DNA of 64,000 nt from Octopus vulgaris. Its lineage: Eukaryota. The notes beneath the pieces were generated by a model, which had not been told where the DNA came from, ran no database searches, and saw nothing but the letters and a program-made list of their open reading frames with translations. Made by a program: the position numbers and the translations under genes. Positions 52,095 to 64,000 of the stretch are shown here, in pieces (within the stretch, counting starts at the first letter, position 1; each line of letters starts with the position of its first letter). The stretch covers positions 28,148,001 through 28,212,000 of the forward strand of contig OX597842.1 in the NCBI GenBank assembly GCA_951406725.2, given 5' to 3'.

Positions 52095-52872
52095 GGATCT
52101 TTACCTTTCGACCGGCAGATTTAGAAAATGATTTTTGTAACTAAACACTTTCAAACTTCGTATTCTGGTAGAATGTGTCGTATAAAACATCTTTTACTCT
52201 TAGCGTTTTTGAGAAAAGTTTATATTTACAAAGTAATTTCGTGTTAAATTTGTCGTATTTCGGTAATTTCAACCAATCAATGGCGTGTATTCATCTGAAT
52301 AAAATTACTGCCGTTGTTTGTCAACAACAACTTCTGGCGGTGTATATTTCGTTTGTCACTGTTATTTACGACATATTTCATCTCAGTTATGTTTGTATGA
52401 AAACGAGTCTATCTGAAACATGTTTACTTCATGGCACCACCAGAATCGTTCGTGCATTTCTACTGGTTTTAGTTATGTTTTTTCCTGTTTTTCAGCTACC
52501 CTAACCCTAACCCTAAAACCTTAGCCCTGACACTAAAACCCTAGCCCTAACACTAAAACCTTAACTCTAACCCTAAAACCCTAACCCTAACACCTTAGCC
52601 CTAACACTAAAACCCTAGCCCCAGCACTAAAACCTTAACTCTAACCCTAAAACCCTAACCCTAACACCTTAAAGCTAAAACCAGTACAAACGCACGAATG
52701 ATGTCATAAATAACAACAACAAACGAAATATATACCACCAGTTGTTGTTGACAAACATCATCATCATCATCATCCTTTAACATCTGCTTTGCATGCTAGC
52801 ATGGGTTAGCAGTAATTTTATTCAGCTGAATACACATCATTTCAAAATCTGCTGGTCAAAAGGTAAAGATCC
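52095..52872. mobile_element. Foldback element, unit B copy: interior inverted, right arm partly deleted, short CCCTAA array
   Basis: Same TSD CCAAATCC (52087-52094, 52873-52880). The core reads CCCTAA rather than TTAGGG. Confidence 0.9.
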
Positions 52873-53050
52873 CCAAATCCTACTCCATTCATAACTTATC
52901 ACCTTAAAGAAGGACACCTTAAACAATGTGGTTCTACGTTCTCTATACTTATGAAAAAGACAGGATGGTCCTGGATGGAAGGCATTTGATAATAGGTCTG
53001 TGGTGAAGATAGACTTACGACTAAGCAACAGCAACAATTTACAAAGAAAT

Positions 53051-53256
53051 TCAATTGAATTCTGATGATAAATATTTGAGTGCATCTTGACATTCAGTTC
53101 TTACAAGAGCTTCTTTTAATATTTGAAGTGTATGTTTCTCTGGATCATTACCTCGCTGCCATCTGAGCAGCATACGGTAGCCTTGTTCCACAACGTCAAG
53201 AGGATAGTCCTGCTTGATGATGTCCATGTCATTTTGTGGAATTCCTAATTCCCTTC
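53051..53256 (-). CDS. Gene B terminal exon: Death domain C-terminal part
   Basis: GRELGIPQNDMDIIKQDYPLDVVEQGYRMLLRWQRGNDPEKHTLQILKEALVRTECQDALKYLSSEFN*. Same acceptor and length as A. Confidence 0.88.
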
Positions 53257-55089
53257 CTGCAAAAGAAAGAAGAAATAATTGCAACAGCATTAGCGATAAT
53301 ATAAAACCTGTGTACTGTAGGCTGTATTAATTAGGACAAAGAAATTATGTGAATAGAAGAATGAGAAATACTTAAGAAACAGGGAAATTAGAAGACATTG
53401 TTATCTATTTCTAAAGATGTTGACAAAAATATCAAACAATTTGAAATAAAGGCTGGAGAAGGAGAAGAATATTTTAAAGAATTGAAAATTACACATGAGA
53501 AAATGTCTGGTGAACAACTGGCAGGAGAAGTGTTTGTGTGGGTAGCAGTGTATGAGAGCCTAAAGAATTGACAAAGACCACCAACAGATAATTTCATCCA
53601 TCCGTCCATTTTCTCAGCCCTCTATTCATTAGAGGTTTGTAGGGGAAGAGTCTTCAGGCACCTCCTTCATATGATCCTATCAGAGGCAACCTTCATTAGA
53701 ATTTCTGAAAGGATTTCCAAGCATCGCCAATTGAAACTATGGATATCATCCAACCATTTCATTCTTGCTCTACCCCTAGGTCTCCTGTCGGTTGGCTCAG
53801 CTTGAAGAATCCCTCTTGTAGTTCTTTCCTGTGATATTTTAATCACATGCCAGGATTACTGGAGCTGTGAATTCTCAATGCAGAGAAGCAGTCGCTTGAC
53901 CTGGAGAAACCCCAAATCTCCAGCCTGCACACCTTGTTGAGTAACGTTACTCCAGAGACTCTTTGGAGGAATACAATCTCAGTTGTTTGATAACATCGTG
54001 TGATCAATGCCTGAAATAGTCATTTGCGATGTCTTTCCACCTATGATTAATAAATATTTAAAAATTATCAACATTCAGAAATATCTCAAAAGTGGGGATT
54101 GTGTATCTGAATGATTTCAACCACCCCAAAGTTAAAATATAATACTGTTAGGTAAATATCACATTATAGAGGGCACTGGCTTAAGGTTTTTGGATTCATG
54201 ACTTATAACAAGAACTTTCACTGGATCAAGGCCACAATTTCAAAGAATCTAATACAGGAGAGGCCCTAGAGTAAACAAAGCAATGAGAAGAGTTTTACCA
54301 ACATCTACACCATACACCTACAACACTCGGGTCCTGATAGAATCACTGCATTCACAAACAAGCAAGTTTACAGGGAGGGCAGGTTAAGGTTAGGGCTGAG
54401 GAAGGACTTTGTATGTGGCAAATATACAGGAATAGTTCATAGGAACAAGTATGAAAGACATAGTTGATAGTTTCTGTTACCTAAAGGACAGAATTAGAAG
54501 TAGAGGAAACTGTTCTGAAAGCACAGTAGTTAGAAGGAAAACGAGATGAAAAATGTACAGGGAGTTGTTATGTCTACTGGCAACTAAGGGATTTTGTCTC
54601 CATATGAGGGAGAGATTGCACTTTACAAATACATCTTATGCAATGTTACATAGAATGTGAAAGATGCAATGGAAACTGCCAGGAAATGAGGTGAGCAGAC
54701 ATCACTAGAAGTGTAATGTTAATGTGTTGAAAACTTGGAGCCAAATAACTGGATCTCAGAAGAATCTGAGATAGTGTACAAGAAAAAAGATAATGGTATA
54801 GATATAGAAGGGACATGGCAGATGAAATCTGGGTAAAGAAGTGCCTGGAATTCAAGTGGAAAGAAACAAGCGATCAAACTGGACAAAGGACCACAACAAC
54901 TCTGGGAGAAGTCGTCTGACCATTACAAACTTAGAAAAATGGATGTAAGGTGATGATGATAATGGACCTGGTGTTAGTGGATTCATTTTATCCCAGTATA
55001 TGACTGGTATATTTTGTATGACACCCAGAGGTATAGCAAGCTGGCAATGTTGTAGACGATGTCCTTTCTTAAATTACATAAATAATTCC

Positions 55090-55958
55090 TGAGTGTGAAC
55101 TGCCATGCTACATGGCAGTGAAACATGGGCCATGACTGCTGAGGACATGCGTAGGCTTGACAGAAATGAAGGTAGTATGATCCGCTGGATGTGGAATGCC
55201 TGTGTGCATACACGACACAGTGTAAACACCCTGAGAGGAATGTTGGACATGAGAAGCATCAAATGTGGTGTTTAAGAGAGACGACTACGCTGGTATGGTC
55301 ACATATTACGTATGGATGAGGACAACTGTGTGAGGAAGTGCCACTCCCTAACTGTAGAACGAAGCTGTGGAAGAGGTAGACCCAGGAAGACATGGAATGA
55401 GATGGTGAAGCATGGCCTTTCAGAGGCAATGGCAGGAGACCGAGACCTTTGGAAATATGCTGTGATTGAGAAGACCCAGCAACTAAAGTGAGATCGCAGC
55501 CATGGCCGATGCCAGTGTTGCATGTCCAGCCCATTTAAGAGTATCCTTAATGCATCGGGTGACATGATATGCTTGAGAAGACCTGTTGAGTCAAGTATAA
55601 CTAAAATTGCAGCTGTGGCCAGTGCCCCACGACTAGCCCCCGTTCTGGTGGCACATAAAAACCATCATCCGAATGTAGTCGATGCCAGTGTCATCTGACT
55701 GACTCCTTGTGTTGGTGGCACGTAAAAAGGCCATCCGAACATGACTGATGCTAGGTCCACCTGACTGGCTCCTGTACTGGTGACACATAAAAAGCAGCCA
55801 CTACACTCTCGGAGTGGCTGGCATTAGGAAGGGCATCAAGCTGTAGAAACTCTGCCAGATCAGATTGGAGCCTGGTGCAGCCACTAGCTCTCCAGACCTC
55901 AGTCAAACAGTGCAACCCATGCCAGCATGGAAAACAGACGTCAAATGATGATGATGAT
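55090..55958 (+). mobile_element. RTE LINE 3' fragment (duplicate of 20633-21501)
   Basis: Near-identical sequence with (GAT)n tail. Confidence 0.88.
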
Positions 55959-56949
55959 GGTTTCTATCAGCTGACTCAGGGGATATTCTCATGATCCCTT
56001 GAGTCAGGGATCAAAGGTTCAAATCTAATCCCCAGCACTGCTCAATGTACCTGGTAAAGACATTTCTCTATGCTTCACTCTATGTAGATGTATATAGGTA
56101 CCATGGGGAGGTAGAAGACATTGCTGTAAATAATAGGAGCATTGTATAAATGATATTTTATGTTGTGTTAAACTGTCAGAGAATGGAAAATGGGATATTG
56201 TGATGTTCATACCTTTCCATGTGACATTTGTAATGTAAAGGAGAGTGAAATGATTTCAATTGAGAAACAAGATCAAGTTGAGTTTGAATTTTCTGTTGAG
56301 ATTCTTTTTTTCTAATATAAATGAGTGTTTCATTAACTTACAATGCTGAGTTCAATCCAGCCATGAACACAATCAACAATGGGGCCTGTCTTCTATAGAG
56401 ACAGGAAATATATGTTGACCTGGGACTAAATAATTACAATAAATATAGAAAAACAGACTGGCCAGGGGAGAGATGACAACATGTCCCACACAATGCACAC
56501 TCTCATTTTAAAAAGGTTACATTTGATAATGTGGTCCTCTTCACCCAAGAGAAAGAGCGATGGCACATCTGGAACCCTTTCCCCTTAATTCTGGAAGATT
56601 AAGGCAGATACCTGCCGAAATAAACATCAACAACAACACTCTACTAGTAAACTTACTAAAAGTGTAAACAAGCAAAAACATTGTCATTAATTCACCTGTT
56701 TACTCTTAAACAACAATATTTTTGAGTCCCCTTTTACAAACGATAGTATTAACTCTACTGGACCTTCTAATTTATACATTTTACAACCGTGCTGACGTCT
56801 GTAGATATTTTATGAAATTTCAGTGATAGCTTTACTTTAAAGCTAAACTTTCAATTGGAAATTAGGAATGGAACCGGTTCTCAGTCATTCAAACAAACAA
56901 AAGTTTAGCTGAAAGTAAAATTTATAGAAATTGGGTATTTTATACTCAC

Positions 56950-57021
56950 CAAGTACCATCCATTTACCTGCCAACTTTTGGGACACCCATTGAAGATGCC
57001 TCTCCTCTAGCGTTACAGACT
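56950..57021 (-). CDS. Gene B exon: Death domain N-terminal helices (72 nt)
   Basis: ESVTLEERHLQWVSQKLAGKWMVLG. AG/GT intact, phase 1-1. Confidence 0.85.
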
Positions 57022-58927
57022 CTGAAATAAATATTTCCAAATTTTACACTTCATAGCACAATTTCCCGATCTCTGTTAATGGTTTATATTTTATTATTGT
57101 AAGACATTCCTATCATCAATGGACAACTTCTGACCACTATAGGTTTGGTTGACACTTTTATACTTCCTACAGTGGTCCTATATAATGGCTCAATATTTAG
57201 GTCCATAACAAAATAGACTGACCTTCCTAAGCCTCCTTTTTCTATTAAGACATCCTACTTAATCTAACCATGTTGCAATCATCTTATTTAATGATCACAT
57301 GTTAACACCTTTTATCTTTCTTCTCTCTTGTATCCATGCTAAACCTATGACATGGCATTGTCCCCTCACCACTGGACTTCACTTAATCAACATTCCCCTC
57401 ATCTTTTGCTTAATTCTGATGTCAACCAAGCTGGTCATCAACGACCTTGACACAAACTCATGTCACACCTGTTATCTTTGTCAAACGTTGCTGCTTTTAA
57501 TCTTTAATTTTAAACTATGCAACTCACAGTTCACCAGAATTTCATCTGATTCAGGAAATATTTAAGGACTCCTTAATGAAATGCTTTTCTTTCCTGATGA
57601 GCAATGATTAGTTCTACACAGGTGAAACAGAAAGTGATAGCAAGTATCCTAAAACACTGTATACTTGCACAAAACAAGCATTTCAAAGTTTTATACTTCA
57701 TAGTAAAGTTTCTTTGTCTCTTTTAATAATCTATATTCCATTTTTGTAAGGCATTCATATCATCAATAGTCAATTGGTGACCACTATGCTTTCGGTCAAC
57801 ACTTTCTAAGCTGTTACTATATAATAGTTCAATATTTAGAACCGCAGCAAAATAGGCAAACCTTTCTAAATCTCATCTTTCTATTAAGACATCCTATATA
57901 CTAATCTAACAATTCTGAAATTCTCTCACTTAGTTATCACTTCATAACACTCTTTTTCTCTTAGTTTTGTCTTTCCTTTGTTATGTCTGTGCTGGTCATA
58001 TGACATGCCATTGTCCTCTCATCTCGAACCTTCACTAACCAATATTCTTCTCATCTTCTACTAAATTCCAGTCTCAACCAAACAGGTCTTCAAAGATCTG
58101 GCCACAAAGGCATGACACATTGCTTCAGGAAGGATAAACATACCCCAGCTCTCATTTTTATATGTTACTGTTGGTAATCTTTAATTTTAACTGCCCACAT
58201 CACACTTCACCAGAATACCACCTGATTCAGGAAAGATCTGAAGATATTTCAATGTCATTCATCCTCCTTAATAAGCAGCTTTTTCTTTTTCCAGGTGAGC
58301 AATGATTAGTTCTACACAGGTGGAGCAGAAAGTGATAACAGGTATCCTGAAACATTACATTTGTATAAAACCTCCTTAACTTAAAACTGTTCATCTACAC
58401 ATTATTGCAAAGGAGTTATACCTGAAATGGGACACTAGAATTCATTCTCAAGAATATATAAGACTCGCTAAGAGTCAGATCCTTAAACTCTCAGTCGAGA
58501 TTTTGTCATTGAAATTCTTACATTACAAAGCTGACTGTGATGTTGTAGGAAGTACTGTTGTCCTTAATTATCAGTTTCCCAAGATACTTATAAATCATTA
58601 ATCTCATATAAAAGCTGACAACTGAATATAAAAAGTTGATGTTTACTGATGGGACCTTGGAGATTTATTGATATTTCATTTATATTTCAGTAAAACGTAT
58701 TAATCTTATGTTGCAGACAGTACTCTTTTGATGTGGGACAGGTTTCCTACTTGGATAAAGACAATATTCAGTGGGTGTAGTCATGGATATACTATCAAAG
58801 AGAAAAGACACCTGGGACATCTTTTATCATACGTCTGTCAGATTATGACAGATCTGGGTCGATACAACATTATTCCATTCCATAATGTCATGTGACAAAC
58901 AGACAGATCATCAAATCATATTCTTAC

Positions 58928-59049
58928 CAACTCTCCTTTTGCTTTCTATACATGTTTTATACTTGGGGAATCTTTCAGGTTGAGTTTTGCTACTATCTTC
59001 ACAGGGTTGTAACTCCATGCTGGCTTCACTCTCTTCACAAGGCATACAT
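58928..59049 (-). CDS. Gene B exon: degenerate RING homolog, still open
   Basis: ccacag| CMPCEESEASMELQPCEDSSKTQPERFPKYKTCIESKRRV |gtaag. 122 nt, phase 2-1. Flanks are homologous to the RING exon flanks at 29.1-29.4 kb. Confidence 0.75.
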
Positions 59050-59403
59050 CTGTGGAAAAAACATAAAACACATCCCACCTATAACATTCAGTTCTAACAA
59101 ATATTACATGTTTGTTTTATGTTTACAGTACAGAATATTATGAAACACCAGACTGACCAGAGTGAGGTGCATGGCTAAGTTGTTAGGCTTTTGGACTCAT
59201 AGAGTAAAATTGCGGTTTCAATTCCTGGACAAGGCGATGTGTAAAGTTCTTTAGCAAAACACTTCAGTCTAGGTTTGCCCTGCATACAAACCTGCCCCTT
59301 GTTATAGGTGAGTCCATGTTCATTGATCTACATCTTATCAACTTCAGATGTGTTCCTCCAAAACAATTTTATTTGCCTCAGTTGATTGGATCAAAACCCA
59401 AAC

Positions 59404-59695
59404 GAGTTAGTTAGTTAGTTAATTTGGCTCAAAAGCAAATTGCAAGGCCATGTAGAGGGACATGGAGTTAAGTACAGGGTGGTGTTCAAGTAAAGAGTTC
59501 AGGCCACTTGAGGTCAAGGGAGGCTTTGAACAAAGCGGTCATCGGCATCTTCACCATCTCATCTGGCAGCTTGTTCCACGGATCCGCAACCCGGACGGAG
59601 AAAGCTCCTCTCCCTCGATTGAGATGAAATCGTCGCAGGTAGAGCTTTTCGGAATGACCCCGCAGCCGACGCTCTGGATTCACCTTCTACTGAGC
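59404..59695 (-). mobile_element. CR1-like LINE 3' end with (CTAA)n tail
   Basis: RRLRGHSEKL...AFSVRVADPWNKLP...FKASLD motif. Confidence 0.8.
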
Positions 59696-60849
59696 TATGT
59701 GCATACTGTTTAGCTTCTTATAAGGACAGGTGTGATAAATTGAGCTCTTCGTCATTCACCACCTGATACACACCTGAAGTTACATATTGTAGGTCCCTTA
59801 AATCATGACTCAATACCAGATGCAAACTGGTCTGAGGATATCCTCGTCCATGAACCATGACAGATTTAAATCGAGATACAAATTATTGTTTAAAAATAGC
59901 CACAGTTTATGCAATAAAGTTCACTATTTTTGATTCCTAAGTTAAAAGTACTGATTCCAATCTCATTTGTTAAACCTGGACACATTCTTTACTGTGCAAT
60001 GGTGTTTTTAGCATGGCTGGCTACATTTTCTTTCACAAAGACCTTTTTCATTACCTTGGAGGTGGTGCGATGGTCTATGCTTGCTCAAGCTTTTCAGAAA
60101 TTGCTTGTGAAGATTTAAACCAGTCACAAGAGGAAGTTTTCTGCGACATAAAAGCACATCAACATTTACCATCCTCGAAACTTTTTAGAGCTGCATCTAT
60201 GAAAATGGTCACCTATGTTCTCATACTTGTGATTTCAATTACCCAATATTGATTAGGAAATCTTTCACTGGCCACAAAATGCAACCGATTTCCTTCATTT
60301 AATGTTAGATTCAAACTAATCCCAAGTAGTCCTCTCTCCCTTAAAAGGTAACAACACTTTCGATCTGCTATTTACCACTGCTCCTGAAATTATCAGCCTC
60401 AATAGTGATGAACCCTTAGGTGACTCTGATCATACTCCAGTCTTGCAAAAATATTTCTAATGGATAGAAAGAAAGCCACCATAACCTCCAAACTGCTTCG
60501 CTTTCCTGGAACTCCTACTGTACTGAGGTATAGTTCCCTGACTGGCTTCGACTTTACAATTCTGGAGATGTCAAGACTAACCTTCAGCACATCCATCCTT
60601 AATTCATGAATAAGTGTCGGTGCCATGCAAACGTTTTAGAAGCCTGAATATGTGAGAGACTGCCAGGAAATATCGATGAGATGCTGGACGTGATAAAAGA
60701 ACAGGGGATAAAAGAAGAAGGTGCAACATGGTACCCTGCCATATTAAAGGAGTGATAAATGTACCGTTTTCACTGCTACTGAGATCAAATTCCATAAAAC
60801 CTGTTGAATTCTGCAATATCGCAAGGCTAATTGAAGCATATGTGCAATT

Positions 60850-62200
60850 ATGCTTCCTCTTGTCTTGGTGGTGTTATTCATCTGCTTCTCAAAGGGTGCA
60901 CCCTTTTTCTACTGCACCAGCTTTTTGTCCTCTTCTAATTCACACTTAGCCCAGTTTAATGGAAAGTTGCCATTATCCTCCCCGTTCAAAAAGGGAGTGA
61001 CCAGACATCCCCTGTTGACTACCATCCAGTCAGTCTCACAGAATTAATGGATCTACAGGAAGACATTTTGGAACATCTGGAACCCTCATAAGCTTATTCA
61101 AACTCCAACCATTTCGATTTATCCCTAACTGTTGCTGCATTGAATTTCTTCCCAGATGGTGGTTCATGGGTGGATATTATCTCTATCAACTTCACCAAAG
61201 TCTTTAATTCCATGCCACAGTGATCAATTACGGCACAACTGTCTGGAATGGGTGCGAGGACTAAATTATATAACTGCTTAAAATACTTACATTCTCAGTT
61301 GAAAAGACAGAGTCACAACACTAAGCTAACATTCTGCACCCAACACAGAAGACCTACAAGGAACTACTCTTGGTTTTCTCTTGCTCCTTCTATGTATCAG
61401 CTAAATACATGCCAACTATCTGCTATAGATCCTTTCTTCAATCTGACCTGGATACAATGCAGCAATGCACTGCTGATTGCAAACTCAAGCTGGCTATAGA
61501 ATGGTGCACCACTATACACTTTGGAATGAAAATTCAAAAATGTACCAACTCTCTCCAGAACAGCAAACTTCAAAAGTCTGCAATGTGTAATGCATGAACC
61601 ACATTTCTAAAAATCATCAGAAATATCAAAGTATTGCTCAGTAAAACCTCTGCCCGTCAATTTGTCAAGTTATCAGTTTAAAATTATGCCTGGCTATCAT
61701 ACGTCTACACTTACAGTTTACATTTCCAATCTGGAATCCCCATCCTGTCCAGAATATCTATTCAGAGAAGAACAACAAGGCAAATGCTCTCTCTTAGTTA
61801 CCATATCTTGAATATATTGCTTCTCTGGGTATTGACATCTTATTAGATGCTATATACCTTTGCTTCAATCTGATCTCCAAACCAGGCAAATACTCTCTGT
61901 TAGTCACCATATACTGAATGTATTGTTTCTCTGGGTATCAGCACGCTAAAGTTTTGAAGTCTAGCAGCTAATCTGGTATAATCCCTTAGGTTTATACATA
62001 ATCTTGCCAACAACAACTTTGGCAACATTTTTGAATTCAAAATCTCAGCCAGCAGCAGACATTCTTATAAAATTAAAATAAAAAACAGTGCAGCACCCAT
62101 GACTTTACGAAATACTTTATCTCACTCAGAATTATTTAAGCACACAACAAACCACCTGAGTCAGCTGTTAGCTGTCAGCATACGGCATCCTCCAAAATAG
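60850..62200 (+). mobile_element. Highly degenerate CR1-like LINE remnant
   Basis: Remnants PFKKG, VDIISINFTKVF, WNPH, and a 3' cagcacccatgactttacgaaatac segment similar to 15645-15680. Confidence 0.5.
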
Positions 62201-62612
62201 TCTTTTCTTACCGAGGATATATAGCCAGTACAAGGTGTTGATGTGGCTGCGTGTATGTTATTTACAAGAGTTCATAAAGAGATGAAGAATAAATTCAAGA
62301 CCTATATATTTACTACGGAAAAATATATTTTATTTACTGGTCGATGACGATACACAGAATTAATATGTAGCATCTAGTTGAATGAAATAATCTATACAAG
62401 AAAGTTCAGAGATAGGAAATATAGAAATAATAGCCAAGTGGTGGCTTTCAGCCATGTGTCGTAGAGAAACAGACGGACATAGCAATGACGTGAATGGCTC
62501 TAAGTCTAATCGACTAAGAAGCAAAGAGCAGGGTTAGCAAGCTTACATACACACATACATGCTTACATACATAACTACGTACGTATATATCCATATATAT
62601 CCATATATATAG

Positions 62613-62661
<49 letters not shown>

Positions 62662-63427
62662 CAAATACATATACCCGAAAACAACCACCCACACATATAT
62701 GTATATATATATATACATACACATACATACTGTTAACTAAAATAGTATTAAGAATCATTAAAATTAAGATAATATTAATTGTTAATACAACGAAAGGGGT
62801 TGGAAGGGTAATTCGTAATATACAAAAAAGAGGGGCCTAAAAGGGTAGAAAAAGGTAAGGGTTAATAAAAGGCAAAGGTTGGGAAATATTGAGATAAAAT
62901 TTATAAGAAGGGTATAAACTCAAAACCCAGATTTACCATAACCAGTGTAAAGAAGATGTAGGTTATTTGCATAAGATACATAATTAGAAATTACACCACA
63001 TATTCCGTAAACAATCAGAAGACTAGGAAACCGTCCAGATATCAACACTTGTAAATTTTATCTGAATATTTTCCAACAGTAATCAGACACAAGAACAGGA
63101 GTAAAGAGGAGGACAATTTATTAAATGAACCTCTGGATATTACTGGTACAGATTTTGAGCCCAGGAGTTGAACTTGAAACACAAACGGATCAAAGTAAGG
63201 GGATGATTCTGCATTTAGCCCAAGGCCAGAGGAAAGAGGAAAATTACAAGAGAAGGGGGGTGAGGTTTTTACATGGAATGAAAGGAAGAAGGGAGAGGAT
63301 TTGAACCTGTAACGTTGAGGTAACGAAGGATGAGATGAAGTAAAGAATCCAGTCAGGTAACAACAACAACAACAACAATAATTATGATGATTAATTAATG
63401 AAGTTAGATTACAGTGTCATTAGAGTG

Positions 63428-63460
<33 letters not shown>

Positions 63461-63564
63461 GAAGCATGACGACCCATGGTGGGATTATGACATGAATGAC
63501 TCGAAACAAGAAAACAAAGATTAAAGAAACAGATTTGGATAATCCAAATCCATTGGGGACTTAC

Positions 63565-63923
63565 TTTTGAACTGCCAGATGGAGAGGGGTGTCACCCTCG
63601 AGGTTCACCTTATTGACATCCATGCCTTTCTGTTTCAGGAGAAAATCAACAACTTCCGTGCGTCCATGAGTAGAGGCAAGATGTAGAGGGGTGTCACCTT
63701 GCTTGGTCTCAGCTTTAACATCCGTGTCTTTATGTTGCAGGAGAAGTTCAACAACGTCCTTGCTTCCAAAGCGACAGGCAAGATGGAGAGCTGTCCAATC
63801 ATGTTCCGACACAGCATTAACATCCGTGTCTTTATGTTTCAGGAGAAGTTCAACAACGTCCTTGCTTCCATACCAACAGGCAAGATGAAGAGCTGTTGCA
63901 CTAAAATTATTTCGCTGATTAAC
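63565..63923 (-). CDS. Gene B exon: ankyrin repeats (one more repeat than A)
   Basis: tttag| VNQRNNFSATALHLACWYGSKDVVELLLKHKDTDVNAVSEHDWTALHLACRFGSKDVVELLLQHKDTDVKAETKQGDTPLHLASTHG...GDTPLHLAVQ |gtaagt. 359 nt = 257 + 102. Confidence 0.92.
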
Positions 63924-64000
63924 CTAAATAAGATAAACAATAAAGACATTAAAGATGGTGTTTATTGGGAGAAGAAGGAAAAAAATGAAAAATGTCAGAA

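Larger units (their letters stand above)
44865..63970. repeat. Segmental duplication unit B
   Basis: Collinear with unit A but ~10.7 kb shorter overall, owing to deletions and replacement of the middle. Confidence 0.95.

Overview
Eukaryotic, AT-rich, repeat-dense DNA. The SINE/LINE families and microsatellite style suggest an octopus or other coleoid cephalopod (inference). Most of the window is a direct tandem segmental duplication (unit A ~8.6-38.4 kb, unit B ~44.9-64.0 kb) with a near-intact Tx1/L1-type retrotransposon between the units. Each unit carries a minus-strand multi-exon gene that I reconstructed by hand from GT-AG sites and exon phases. Copy A is ankyrin repeats - RING-HC - linker micro-exons - Death domain. 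Copy B has one extra ankyrin repeat, apparently lacks three ankyrin exons and the micro-exons, has a RING exon that is still open but has lost most zinc ligands, and ends in a Death domain. The Death-domain exons differ at 27 of ~92 residues with only 2 silent codon changes, while neighbouring introns are nearly identical. This fits a rapidly diversifying sensor/E3/death-adaptor family, possibly immune. Other notable items: tandem hammerhead-like motifs with a compensatory U3-A8 core in a Penelope-like element; a foldback element with a telomere-like core in the putative 3'UTR, whose interior is flipped between the two units; and RTE LINEs carrying a PHD finger. Start codons and 5' exons of the genes were not found. 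Repeat boundaries are approximate and identities are by-eye estimates.
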